A stretch of DNA of 63,290 bases, filler included, from Piptocephalis cylindrospora (GCA_003614145.1; 26 parts of 26 records of this genome joined end to end with filler, not necessarily neighbours in it), one strand, 5' to 3'. Shown: positions 34,288 through 46,377, numbered from the whole stretch's first letter. The notes: a model not told the origin generated them from the sequence alone. Program-made: numbers and translations.

Positions 34288-35697
34288 ATGTCCCAATCGA
34301 ACCGGGAATTAGAGGAGTTTCGTCGCAAGTGGAAAGCCGAGGTACAAAGGAGACGTCCCGAGTCAACGACCACTGCTCAAGCGGATCAAGTAACGACCGA
34401 GGAGAGCACGGATGCTCAAGTACCTGTTGCCTCCTCCTCCTCTACTGTCGCTTCCTCCTCCCACGCTGCAACTGATTCAACAATTCCTTCCTCTTCCTCC
34501 GACGACTCTGAACCCTCCCTTCCAACCCGAGAACTTGACATCGCTACCCCTGTTCCTCCTACTCACACGACGCCTTCTGGGCATGTACCTGTAGAGATGC
34601 CGGTTTACTTTCAACCTGTCCGGTCGATGCTGGACTCTATCCTTGGAGAGAAGGAACGAGAGAGGGATGAGGCCCGACGAATGTTCCCTGACAAGAAGGG
34701 GAAGGAAGGAAATGCGGGGGTGGCAGTGTCATCTTCCGCGACCAGTACACCGTCGCATCCTCGCCCTCCGCCCTCATCCTCCACTCGGGATCATACTGTC
34801 CCTAAGAATGAGGCCATTGTTCCCCCAAGTCGTGTCCAAACCTCGGATAGAAAAAGGGATGACCAAGATATGGATTCTAATAAATCCCAAAGAGAGAGGA
34901 TCAGCTATCCAGACTTCCTTCGTATCATGGGTAAGGCGGATGAGGGGATGAGTGGGGCGGTGGAGGGACCCTGTCCGCCCATTCTTCGTCTCTCGGATGA
35001 CATTTTACTTCATCTTATGCTTTATACGGCCCAGATGGACATGGTAACATTCATGCGAATGGCTCAGGGTTGTCGCCATCTCTTCCTCCTCTCCCACCAC
35101 ACCTTTTTATGGAAATCCATTGGCATGAAGGTCTTTGGACCATGGATGCATGGGTCTGGCCGGACCGAGGAGGAGTGGCTCGCACACTACGGAGGAGACT
35201 GGAGAAGGATGTACATTGAGAGACCACGAGTAAGGTTCAATGGCATTTATATCTGTGTGTGCTCGTACGTCCGGACAGGATGGGATGAAGAGGCCTGGAG
35301 TCAGCCGACGCACTTGGTCACGTACTATCGATACCTTCGGTTCTACACGGATGGCCGGGCCCTTATGCTCACGTCGACGAGTGAGCCAGCGACCGTGGTC
35401 CGGACGTTAGATATACATGCCCCGGGTGTCTGGCAGGGCTCTTGGAATATGGATGGCTCTGATCAAGTAATGGCAGTCTTTAAGGATCCTCGACGACCCA
35501 GGCAATCCTTCATCATCACTGTCAGGCTACGGGGAACGGGACGAGGAAAGCATGATAAGCTTCGATGGGTGTCGTTTCAATCGGTGGATGATACTTCTGA
35601 GAGCCGTCTCGACGATGCCCATTCCTTTTCCTTGGATCACTTTAAGACATGTTTCTTCTCCAGGGTACGATTCATTGATCCTGGTCAGGCTGCCTGA
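34288..35697 (+). CDS. HRT3: F-box protein Hrt3/Pof7/FBXO9-like
   Basis: ELEEFRRKWKAEV, F-box ILRLSDDILLHL, and WRRMYIERPRVRFNGIYICVCSYVR.G...HLVTYYRYLRFYTDG. Confidence 0.88.
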   Translation: MSQSNRELEEFRRKWKAEVQRRRPESTTTAQADQVTTEESTDAQVPVASSSSTVASSSHAATDSTIPSSSSDDSEPSLPTRELDIATPVPPTHTTPSGHVPVEMPVYFQPVRSMLDSILGEKERERDEARRMFPDKKGKEGNAGVAVSSSATSTPSHPRPPPSSSTRDHTVPKNEAIVPPSRVQTSDRKRDDQDMDSNKSQRERISYPDFLRIMGKADEGMSGAVEGPCPPILRLSDDILLHLMLYTAQMDMVTFMRMAQGCRHLFLLSHHTFLWKSIGMKVFGPWMHGSGRTEEEWLAHYGGDWRRMYIERPRVRFNGIYICVCSYVRTGWDEEAWSQPTHLVTYYRYLRFYTDGRALMLTSTSEPATVVRTLDIHAPGVWQGSWNMDGSDQVMAVFKDPRRPRQSFIITVRLRGTGRGKHDKLRWVSFQSVDDTSESRLDDAHSFSLDHFKTCFFSRVRFIDPGQAA

Positions 35698-36733
35698 GCA
35701 CTAGAGGGATAAGAAGAGTGTTTGTGTACTTTCTGGCGCGATTTGTGAACTCTGTGGTTGATTATCCATGGATGGGTGTATAGGAGGTGGGGAAAAAGGA
35801 AAGCAATCCAGATTCAGATGGTCTTCCTCGATTTGTGCCTCTCACTTTAAATAGCCTTCCCCAGAAGTTTGTCAGATCCCTGAGACACAGTCACTCAAAA
35901 AAATCACGCGTCGCCCACGCGATCCTGTTATTACCATTCTATCCTAGCAATAATAATAATAAAAGCGCGTCGGGACGCGCCCCAGTCCATTAAGAACAAC
36001 TTCATTGACACAAACCATGCCTCATCTTGCTCCCTACCATCACTTTCTCTTTTATTCCTTAGTCAATGCTCATAAATAGCAATTGACAGTAAATCCCTAC
36101 AGCTCTGACCGATACCTTTATCCTATGGGTAATTCTCAGTGGGTCTCGAGTCTATTTCGTTCTTTGGCGCGAACGAAGCAAACCATGATACTGAGGCACT
36201 GGATATCGTCTGAATCCTTCTCATCATTCTATTCCCTCTATCTTCCTCCTAGATGAAAAACCTGGGGATATATATGACATTAAGGATGGTTTGTGAAATT
36301 TGGCCAGATCCTTCTTCGTAGGATTACTTGCAATTGTGTGTATGGAAAGAATTCTTGCCATCCATCGCTCCTGCACTCAAGGATGATGGGCTACAAGGAT
36401 CCTGTGTTAGGATGCGACATCCTCCTTGCCCTTCAACGCCTCTTTAAACGGACCCCTCTCATTCACCTCCCTCCCTCTCCTGCAAAGGAGATGCCAAGAC
36501 GGTGACGCCGTGTAACAGACGAAACCATCAGCGGTCTTAAATCATCACTCTTCCCCTACCGCTGATAGCTTCTGGGTGCATGTGGTACTTTGTTGGCACT
36601 GATGCATTGGTGTGCATTCCCCTTNNNNNNNNNNNNNNNNNNNNNNNNNNNNNNNNNNNNNNNNNNNNTTAATTAATTAANNNNNNNNNNNNNNNNNNNN
36701 NNNNNNNNNNNNNNNNNNNNNNNNAGATACATT

Positions 36734-37385
36734 GCCCAGTCTTTGGATAGAGGAGGAGGAAGGAGACCAAGAACAATGCATTCTCCTACGATTCTTTCAC
36801 ACCAGTGCATGAAAATCTACCTTGTCTAGAGCAGCTGCGCTGTGTCTCATGATGAAAAGTGGATGAACAACAAAAATGAAATATAAGGGTCAATGATCCA
36901 TGACTCGTCAGACCGTGCATGATCCCATCCGAATTCATCCTCATCACGGGAAAAGCGATGGACGATCCATACCCATTGAACTCCACTTCATCTGTATATC
37001 ATATCCATCAAGGGAATCCTTCACCCTGGCTCCCTGGCCCTTCTCCCCCTCTCTAGGATGAGAGCGGAAGAGCCTTAGGGGATGCGCATTGACGGTCCCT
37101 CAAGAGAGAAAAGGGACCTACCTTGCAGATAGAGTAGGGTATGTGCGAATGGACGGATGTGTATGGGCGTGGTCTATCGATGGGGGGCATGGTTATGGTA
37201 AGCAAGGGATGGTGGTGGTGGTCTAGGAGCCATCCCCCCTATCATGATGACCATCTATCTTGATGGGTGTCCATACCCTTTGACTTGACCCTAGACATAC
37301 CAAATCGCTCATCGTCATCGTGGTGATAACATCATCCGTAACGCATTGTTCTTGGTCTCCTTCCTCCTCTATCCAAAGACTGGGC
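36734..37385. repeat. Imperfect inverted repeat pair (36734-36779 / 37343-37385) differing by one GAG unit
   Basis: gcccagtctttggatagaggag(gag)gaaggagaccaagaacaatgc is present in both orientations, about 560 bp apart. Confidence 0.85.
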
Positions 37386-39067
37386 GCCTCCTCCCCCCTC
37401 TCCCCATTCATCCCCTCTCTGTCCATACCCTTCACTCACTTTCTCTCTCCCAGCCTCCCGCTTCCCAACTCTCTACACACTGACCAACCAATTGACCGAC
37501 CTCACACGCACTCGCCTTGCGACATCCCCTGGTTGGGGGGTTAGTGGCCTTGGCTATGGCGGTGGCGGTCCACGGCCCATGTCCTTGCCTCCCACATAAA
37601 CCCACCCACCCTCTCCTTGCCCCACGCCCTTGCTCATCGCATAGGGAGAAAGAGGCACATAGATACACTCCGTCCTTCCTCTCTCCGATACTGTAAGACC
37701 TCACTCAGAGAACCTGTCGGCCCGTTCAAGCTCCATCCGACACGCTCATCCTTGTTGCACACAGAGACACAGACACACAGACACATACACAAAGCGAGCC
37801 TTTCCCTTTCCCCCCACAGCAGCACTCATATAACTCCAGACAGTGCGTACATACCCCGCCTTGCATATCGTACAGCATGGCTGCGGCAAGAGGACACTCG
37901 CTCCTACACATACACGCACGCACACACACACACACACACACACATACTTCTCAGCGCTAGAGTCTGCCACACACATACCCGCCCACCACCCCATACTGAG
38001 GGGAGGGGGGACCAGCAACCGAGACAGACACCGACAGATAGTGTGGCTGGGAGCTTGGTCCGTTACATGTCTTCCTTCCTCCTCTCTTCTACACTGCTCC
38101 ACCACTTTACCCTTCCCACTCCACCCTTTCTTCCCTTTTCCACCCCCTCCTCTTCCTCTTCCTCTTCCTCGTCCCTCTCTTCCTTCTCCTACGCACCCTT
38201 CCTTCCCTCTCCACCCTCTCCCCTTCCTCCTCGTCCTCAAAGCCCATCCACTTCCCAATCTTACCAAGTACAGCAAGGCCAAGAGAAAAGCAACAAAAGG
38301 CAATCTGAGCCCGTCCCTCCCTTTCCCACTCCTCCACTTCCTTCATCGAGCTCCTTCCTTTCCCCTCCTCTCCCCCTACCCCTTCCTATCCCTTTCCCTT
38401 TCCCCACCTTGCACCTTTATACATACATCCTCTCTCCTTATCTTTCCATCCCATCCCATCCCATCCCAGCACCCCTTTCATCCATTTCCTTTCTGAAAGC
38501 CTCCGCTCCCTCTCTTTATCCCTTCTTATCCTCGTCTGTCATACTATACGGCTGCCCCCTTTCCTTCCTCCACCCTCCTTTCCACTTCCCCACTTCCTCC
38601 CACGACCGACATGTCTCGTGCCCGTACGGAGACCCGGGCGTATCTCTCCCAGCATACCCTGGAACCACTGTTCAAGGTAAGTTTCTCTCTCTTTCACACA
38701 CATTCATACATCCATTCTCCTCCCCATCATCTCATCCCCCCTTCCCCAGGATATGATGTCGGCTTTACTCTTATACAGACCGGAATACCCCATTGGCTTC
38801 CTCTCGGATGGTCTGGCCATTTTAAAGGATCATGAGGCTCAAAACCTCCCCATATCCCCCGGCATGATCTTTAAGGAATTGGCCGCTTCTCAGGGTCTAG
38901 GCTCAAGTCAAAGGGTATGGACACCCATCAAGATAGATGGTCATCATGATAGGGGGGATGGCTCCTAGACCACCACCACCATCCCTTGCTTACCATAACC
39001 ATGCCCCCCATCGATAGACCACGCCCATACACATCCGTCCATTCGCACATACCCTACTCTATCTGCA
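37124..39067. repeat. 173-bp inverted duplication (37124-37296 / 38895-39067, one mismatch near the junction)
   Basis: Direct comparison of the two arms. The same peptide (SSQRVWTPIKIDGHHDRGDGS) appears in ORFs on both strands. Confidence 0.93.
38611..38901 (+). CDS. Protein with an N-terminal RIIa/Dpy-30-type dimerisation-docking motif (AK5-like N-terminus); truncated by the inverted duplication
   Basis: MSRARTETRAYLSQHTLEPLFK/DMMSALLLYRPEYPIGFLSDGL (intron 38677-38750) fits the YL..H....LF..M...LL..RP..PI.FL pattern. Confidence 0.6.
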
Positions 39068-39167
39068 NNNNNNNNNNNNNNNNNNNNNNNNNNNNNNNNN
39101 NNNNNNNNNNNTTAATTAATTAANNNNNNNNNNNNNNNNNNNNNNNNNNNNNNNNNNNNNNNNNNNN

Positions 39168-40843
39168 ATCCTTGAGAGCCTGAACTTTGCATTTCCACCA
39201 CTTGGATACCACTGTAGAAGAAAGAGAGGAGGAAAGGGGCTTTAGAAGATCTGATCCACACGTCCCATCGATCAAGAAAGCACAATAGTATACGCTCCCT
39301 CATGAACTTACGCTGCTTTCCTTGAGGCCTTTAACCTGGCCTCCTCCTTACTCATCACATGCTTCTTCTTCTTCTTCTTCTTCTCTTCGGTTCTGGTCCC
39401 TTCATCTTGATCAAAAATACGCTTTATTCCAGCGAGAGGTTTGCTATAGGTGCGCGTGTAAGGAAGAGAGAGGGATGAGTGGATTTAATTATGGATTAGT
39501 CCACTCTACATTCAAAAAAAAGACTTACCCAGTGGAGCCAATGGCCTCCTTGACTTCCTTCTCCTCCTCTTCAACCTCCTTCAGGATACTAAGAGGAAGG
39601 CCGCCGACCACAGGGGCAGCCTCGGTGGAAAGCTGAGCCTCGATCCGTAGCTTCTTCTCCTTTTGCGCCTCTTTCCTAGCATCCTCGGCCTCCTTTCTTC
39701 TTTGCCGATCTAGAGCGGCTTGGGCCTCAGCGGCCATTTGAGCGGCCTTGACCCTTTCTAGAGCCCTAGTCCGACTACTCTTGAAGGATGCCTCCTCCGG
39801 GGCCTCTTCATCCGATTCATCTTGATCCTTCTGCTCAGAAGCTACCTTACCCTCCTCTTCCATCTCTCCATCATCATTATCATCGTCGTCCGAATCCCCA
39901 AAGACAATGTACTTTCCGGGAAGGGAGGAGCGATCGGCCATGGGTGAAGGAATGGGCATGGAGGCGGAAACACCGTAAGCGCTCTTTCCAGATTTGCGCG
40001 TGCGGCCCTTAGGCTCCTTTATCTCCTCCTCATCTGAGGCCCCAGTGCCCACCACGGCGGTAAATGCCTGTCGGACCCGGGCAGCAGCCCGGTCAAAGAG
40101 GCCAAAAGACTTCCTTTCCTCTTGTTTCTCATCAGGTCCTTGCTCAGCTTTTTTCTTGGGTTGGTCCTTGACCTTTTTAGACTTGGTAGAGGGAGTCTCC
40201 TTTTCATTCGCCTTTTCCTTTTCATTGACCTCCTCCTTGTCCTTGGTCTCATCCTTCTCCTTAATGTCACACATATCAAAATCCTCCTCAGTCATGGAAG
40301 AGCGCTTTCGGGTGATGGAGGTGGGACGACGACGAGTGACAGGGCCCAAGGAGGCGTCGGGCTCCGGGGTGGAGCCACGTAGACGGGAGCTACGTCTAGA
40401 GGGCTCAGCACTCCCTTCACGGCTACGGGTACGTCGGGGAGGCTCAGTACTCCCTTCCCGGCTACGGGTACGACGAATTGGCTGAGATGGGGAAGTGCCT
40501 TCCATAGCTGGGGCAGGGGGAGTGGATGACCGTCGAGTCCGGACTGGCGTCTTGGTCACGGGGGGGACAGGGACTTCTGTGGTGGTGGTAGCCGAGCCCT
40601 TAGCCCCCTTCTTCTTACCCTCAGTCCTGGTGCCCTTGGGAGGGGGCGTAGCCAGATCCTCCTTGAGGGAAGTAATTGTCTGGCTGGCTCCCTTGGGTTC
40701 GGGGGTCGAGGAGGTAGCGCGACTACGGGTGTGACGAGCTGGGGGGGAGGAGGGCAAGGGAAGAGTGGGAGTAGAGGGAGGATCCACAGAAGTGGCAGGG
40801 TCCGTCGAGGAAGAGGAGGAAGAAGGGGCGGGCTCTTCCGAGG
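39168..40843 (-). CDS. Charged nucleolar-type protein, possibly U3 snoRNA-associated Bud21/Utp16-like (internal fragment, introns near the 3' end)
   Basis: RTRSR repeats, KYIVFGDSDDDD, DESDEEAPEEAS, a K/E/R coiled coil and LPLSIL. The family assignment is tentative. Confidence 0.5.
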
Positions 40844-41508
40844 AGAAGGATCAAGATGAATCGGATGAAGAGGCCCCGGAGGAGGCATCCTTCAAGAGTA
40901 GTCGGACTAGGGCTCTAGAAAGGGTCAAGGCCGCTCAAATGGCCGCTGAGGCCCAAGCCGCTCTAGATCGGCAAAGAAGAAAGGAGGCCGAGGATGCTAG
41001 GAAAGAGGCGCAAAAGGAGAAGAAGCTACGGATCGAGGCTCAGCTTTCCACCGAGGCTGCCCCTGTGGTCGGCGGCCTTCCTCTTAGTATCCTGAAGGAG
41101 GTTGAAGAGGAGGAGAAGGAAGTCAAGGAGGCCATTGGCTCCACTGGGTAAGTCTTTTTTTTGAATGTAGAGTGGACTAATCCATAATTAAATCCACTCA
41201 TCCCTCTCTCTTCCTTACACGCGCACCTATAGCAAACCTCTCGCTGGAATAAAGCGTATTTTTGATCAAGATGAAGGGACCAGAACCGAAGAGAAGAAGA
41301 AGAAGAAGAAGAAGCATGTGATGAGTAAGGAGGAGGCCAGGTTAAAGGCCTCAAGGAAAGCAGCGTAAGTTCATGAGGGAGCGTATACTATTGTGCTTTC
41401 TTGATCGATGGGACGTGTGGATCAGATCTTCTAAAGCCCCTTTCCTCCTCTCTTTCTTCTACAGTGGTATCCAAGTGGTGGAAATGCAAAGTTCAGGCTC
41501 TCAAGGAT
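40844..41508. repeat. 665-bp inverted duplication of 39168-39832 (contig is a large fold-back)
   Basis: Both contig ends are reverse complements of each other, and identical ORFs are reported on both strands. Confidence 0.96.
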
Positions 41509-41677
41509 NNNNNNNNNNNNNNNNNNNNNNNNNNNNNNNNNNNNNNNNNNNNTTAATTAATTAANNNNNNNNNNNNNNNNNNNNNNNNNNNNNNNNNNNN
41601 NNNNNNNNTGGGGATAATGGTGGTTAAGAGGGCTGCTCTCGGTATTCACTATCAAGTCCCATCATGGTCAAGGATAG

Positions 41678-41882
41678 CCATGTCAGTGGCCGAAGTGGAA
41701 CAATTTGAGTTTCTTGGTGGTAAGTGTTGATTCTTCTCTGGCATCTCTCTCCTTCCTTGCTCAACCCCTCTACCCACCCCACAGACATTGTCCCAAAGAC
41801 CATTCCCTTGGAAAAGGCCTTAGAAAAGGCAACATCTATGCAGAAGGACACCATCCCCGAGGAGCCCAGTGACATGGCTTAA
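41678..41882 (+). CDS. Histone-fold protein (Dpb3/POLE4/CHRAC1-like), C-terminal exons
   Basis: AMSVAEVEQFEFLG/DIVPKTIPLEKAL...*, which matches the 'FEFL.DIVP' end of NF-YC-type histone folds. Not in the ORF track. Confidence 0.72.
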
Positions 41883-43088
41883 AGGGGTGAGGAGGAGGGG
41901 GAAGAAGAGGGGGATGGGTAGTGTCATTCAGAAGAATAAATAGGCCAAGGAAAAAATAAGAATACATTGATCTGTATGCCCCGTATCTGTCCTGGCCATC
42001 CAAGTCTTTAGATGCCAGATCATTAAAAAGGCATCGAGGAGGAGAACGGGAGGGAAGGGTGAGGGGAGGGCGGGACAGCAGGTTCCGCCCCTCCTCCAAT
42101 CCCTTTTCCAACACTATCCCATCTACTCATCAATATGGATCCAAGGAAGGAAGAGAAGGGTAAAAGCCCAGTCTGCTCCCATCCTCTCATCCTCCAGACA
42201 TGAGATAAGAACAGGATAGAGAACATGATGAGGAAAGGAAGGATGAGCTAGGCTCGTACCTCTATCCCTTCCCCTTTATGTCCCGTATCCATGTAGGTAT
42301 GTTGAAAGGTGAGAAAGGAACAAGAAAGGGAAAGTGGTGTGTGAGTCCATTCTGCGCCACCTAAATCATCCTTTTAAGGAATGTATTTTGTTTTCCTAGC
42401 TGATTGCATGTGTGGTCATAGTCGACATTTACTCTGGCCAATGCAATATGACGCGGTTCATTCATCCCTTCTTTTATATGGTCAATCTGCAAAATGATCA
42501 ATAGTGAATTCTTCAGATTGAAATCCCATTTCCCTCTCTTTTTCATTAGGCAATTTTAGATCCGTCCTATGACATCAAGATGATCCCTTTCCACTGGGCA
42601 GTTTGGATGGTATAGGTCCGGTGACATGGAAATCACTCCTTCCCCTCTTACTGAACAACAACAGCCCGCTTGTCACCACGACGTTACCGAGTCCTCCCGT
42701 CCCCCCAGGGCTACTCTCTTGGGTAAGCGGTCTTTGATCGCTCATGCATTAGATCATTCTAAAGCCCACCCCGTGATCCTAGCACTTCCTTGGTAAAGCA
42801 TAGAGAGCTGAATATGGTCAAGAGTCAATCTATCATATACTGTAGAGGCATAGACAAACACAGACAGTACAGCCAGGAACCCAACCAGTCATCGGTCCAC
42901 GAGGAATGGCCCTTCCCCCCATCAACAGGGTCATTCCTTGTGGTGGAGTTGAAGTGTTGAGGGTCCATCCGTCAGCAGTGGACCGCGTCTCCCTCCTCCT
43001 GTCTTCTTCAGGTCAGGCACACAGACGCGTGCACAGGCAAACTCCTCAGCATTCAATCACACAAACCTTGCCCAGATATTTAGAGATA

Positions 43089-43132
43089 CAGCCCAGCCCA
43101 GCCCAGCCCAGCCCAGCTTAGCCCAGCCCCAG
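43089..43132. repeat. (CCCAG)n microsatellite followed by CA/CT-rich tracts
   Basis: cagcccagcccagcccagcccagcccagcttagcccagccccag. Confidence 0.8.
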
Positions 43133-44246
43133 ATACATAGACCAAGCAGACACTATACCACACACTAAACGACACATACACACATACATATACATACATA
43201 CATGCACACACAATGAAGGGCGCACACCATTCTCGTTCTCCATCCGCTCTTTGCCCAGTCTTCCTCCTCACCCATCCTCTTCACCCTCCTCTCCTCCTTT
43301 CCTCCTCCCTTCCCCCCGTCTTTCTCTCTCTTTCTCTCACTCACTCTCTCTCTCTCTCTCTCCCTTTGTCATCTTTTCCCAACGGACTTTATCCTCGTTT
43401 GTGTGCACAGCAGATTCAAGAGCCAACCTTACCACCCCTCCTTCCCTACCGCTCAACCTTGTTGATATCCAGTCCGGGTAAGTGGTTAATCTGCTTTTAC
43501 TTGCACTTTGGGTCTGATCCTGTAGGGCGAATCAACGTGTTTCTCCCCTTCTCCCCCTCCCTCCGTCTATCTGTCTCCCGCACAAAACGGGAGGGTGAGT
43601 GTACAGTACCCCTGTTCTCAGGTGCATACACCTTTGACCCGCCTCCCTAATCATAATCATATCGTATTTTTGATGAAAACGAGGCGGGCAGAGCAGCATG
43701 AGCTCAATAAAGAGGGGAGAGTAGCACACCATCCAAGGGGTCCAGAGAACAAACAACTCTCTGTACAGGGGAAGGGAGGAGAGGTAGTGCAAGATCCTTC
43801 CTTTATTTTATCCTTTCTCCCTCCCTCTCAGTCCCTCCCACTCACTCTCCCGCCATTGAATAGACTCTCTCCCTTCAGCTCACCCCCCCTCCTCCACCCC
43901 AGCTAGTTCGGTGTCCTTGGCCAGACATTGATCCATCATGCGCTCACANNNNNNNNNNNNNNNNNNNNNNNNNNNNNNNNNNNNNNNNNNNNTTAATTAA
44001 TTAANNNNNNNNNNNNNNNNNNNNNNNNNNNNNNNNNNNNNNNNNNNNAGGGTTTAAAAAATAAACATAAAAAGGAGAGTACTGATCCCCCTTGCTTGCT
44101 AATCTCATCGAGGGTTGGTCTCAATCCTTCGAATAGAGAATTGTATATGCGCAAAAAGAGATGACTCAAATAACAACACTAATAATATGGGTGATGTATT
44201 GCAAAGGATCTAAAAGATGATGATGCATGTAGACATAAAACCAGGG

Positions 44247-45566
44247 TCAGGAATCGGGGGCAGCTGAAATGGAGTACATATCATCCAAGATACGGTTCAT
44301 CCCATCGAGGATGGCGTCGAGATAGAGCTCAGGGTCAACGCTCTTCATGGCCCGTACCCGGCCGACGACTTGGGTATGGCCGCGAGTTTTCTGGGCGATT
44401 AGGTCATCATTCTGAGGGGGTCGAGCCCCTTCGGCCCGTTGATTAGTGATGATCATGCCCGAGGTCCATTGGTCCTGGGCCTCAACACGGAGATCCAATC
44501 CTTGGCCAGTGCCAAGCTCAACCCATCCCCGGGAGGCTAGGTGGTTTTGTGCAAGGTCAATGACGTACTGGACTGCGACGGCGTCATGAATTCTCATGGT
44601 GGAGGAGGTGAGGGTCTCAGATGGGCAAATTGTGTCTTTGAGAAAGTCATGGAGGAAGATGTAGAGGGGGGAGGAGGATGGGATTCGGGCTTCAAAGTGG
44701 TCCAAGAGCAATAGCACTTTTTCAGTGACATTGAGAGGGATGAGGATGAGCTCTCGGAGTTGTGGTCCTTGGGGAGTGGCGGTGGCCTCAAAAATCTGAC
44801 GGGCAGCTTCGGGATCGGCCCAGATGTTGAACTCGGCATAAGGCGAAATGTTCCCGGGGATGTTGACCGCACCAGCCATGGAGACAACCCGACTGTACCG
44901 GGCGATCGCTTCAGGGTTCAGGGACCAAGCGGTGGCGAGGTCGGTGAAGGGGCCAAGGGTGATGAGGGTGAGGGTGTCATCTGGATGCGAGATGGCCTGG
45001 TACACCAGCTCCTCTGCGGCCGTCCTGGAAGATGGGACATATGGGAGGTCAGCGGGGTCGGGGATGGGGATATCTGATGAGGATCGGCTCAAGAGGCCCT
45101 GGAGAGCCTTTGGTAAAAGGGCATCCCAGTGAGGGGGGGCCAAGGAAGGGTGCTTTTGATGCATGCCCCTAAATCCATCTGTACCATGAATATGCTCTGC
45201 ACCGTTGGTTTTAGCTTTTAGCGAGCGTTCAGCGCCTAGTGTGGAAAGCGGGATGAGTTGGACGAGGAACGGGTAGAGACACCCGGACACGGACTTACCA
45301 ATAGCAAGGAAAGGCTTGGGCAATTCGGGAAGACCAGCTTCCCGTCTCCATTGCTGAATAAGACCAAGTAGGGAAACGAGATTGCGTAGGGTGTGGGGAA
45401 GGGCAACATTTCCATAGGTGACGGTTAAGGCAACGACGTTGATGAAGGGGGAGGCCAGGGCTAAGATAAGGGCCAGGGCATCGTCTACTCCGGGATCGGT
45501 GTCGATGACGACGGGCAAAGGGGTGACAGAGGGTTTAGTTATGGGTGGGGGAGAAGTGACAGGCAT
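44247..45566 (-). CDS. Inosine/uridine-preferring nucleoside hydrolase (in-frame 63-nt intron 45236-45298)
   Basis: VIDTDPGVDDALA, VTYGN, HIHGTDG, LITLGPFTDLA, GNISPYAEFNIWADPEAA and IHDAVAV. Confidence 0.92.
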   Translation of the reverse strand: MPVTSPPPITKPSVTPLPVVIDTDPGVDDALALILALASPFINVVALTVTYGNVALPHTLRNLVSLLGLIQQWRREAGLPELPKPFLAIGKSVSGCLYPFLVQLIPLSTLGAERSLKAKTNGAEHIHGTDGFRGMHQKHPSLAPPHWDALLPKALQGLLSRSSSDIPIPDPADLPYVPSSRTAAEELVYQAISHPDDTLTLITLGPFTDLATAWSLNPEAIARYSRVVSMAGAVNIPGNISPYAEFNIWADPEAARQIFEATATPQGPQLRELILIPLNVTEKVLLLLDHFEARIPSSSPLYIFLHDFLKDTICPSETLTSSTMRIHDAVAVQYVIDLAQNHLASRGWVELGTGQGLDLRVEAQDQWTSGMIITNQRAEGARPPQNDDLIAQKTRGHTQVVGRVRAMKSVDPELYLDAILDGMNRILDDMYSISAAPDS

Positions 45567-46377
45567 GGGGATTGAAGAGTATGGAGAGGGTGGGAGGATC
45601 TGGAAGCCATTCGCGGTCAGCCTTTAAGTAGGGTGCCGATGAGGCAAAGTAGGATAAAGTTGAAGGCTGACCTTCACGGTCGCACCTGTCAATACGCGGT
45701 CTGTCGTACGATGTGCTAAATGCGGAGAAAGGGTCCTCCTGCCCCTATGAGAGGCGTGGAAGATGACTTCTTCCCTCACAAGCCAGCTCTTAGACATGTG
45801 GGGCTGGGAGGACCAGAGTCGCACAGGAATAGTCATACTCCCGGGAAGGGTGGGCGGTTTGATGTGAATTTTCATAAACTCAGGGATTCCCGGCTGTCTT
45901 GACAGGGCTAAAGGAGGTTGGGTGAGGAGTTGAAAGCTGTGCCACGTCCCTCCGCCAATGACCTTCTCCCAATGATTCGTCACCTGATCAATTTCTTTCT
46001 ATGAGAAAGCGAAGGAGCATCTTGATGACATGGCTGACCATCTTCACTACACCTTGCACGGCATCACTCTGCAGAGATGATGGACGCAACACGCGCACTA
46101 GAATATCACTCGAGCCCAGCTGTCAGTCCTGCCATGTTTAACGGCAAATCGGTCTAGAATCAATGAATGAGAACCCTTGGATGCGCAGGAATGAGGCAGG
46201 AATATCAAGAAAACGTGGAAATGAAAGATTGAATCGTCAGCCGCTCGCTTCATCGACCGGCCGTCTACCAATTACACNNNNNNNNNNNNNNNNNNNNNNN
46301 NNNNNNNNNNNNNNNNNNNNNTTAATTAATTAANNNNNNNNNNNNNNNNNNNNNNNNNNNNNNNNNNNNNNNNNNNN

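Noticed and set aside
37617..38756. 379-aa ORF
   Set aside because: It translates CA- and CT-rich simple-sequence promoter/UTR DNA. The credible gene starts at 38611 in another frame.
40765..41151. Second, plus-strand paralogue of the charged nucleolar protein
   Set aside because: It is created by the 665-bp fold-back and is identical to the minus-strand copy, including intron sequence.
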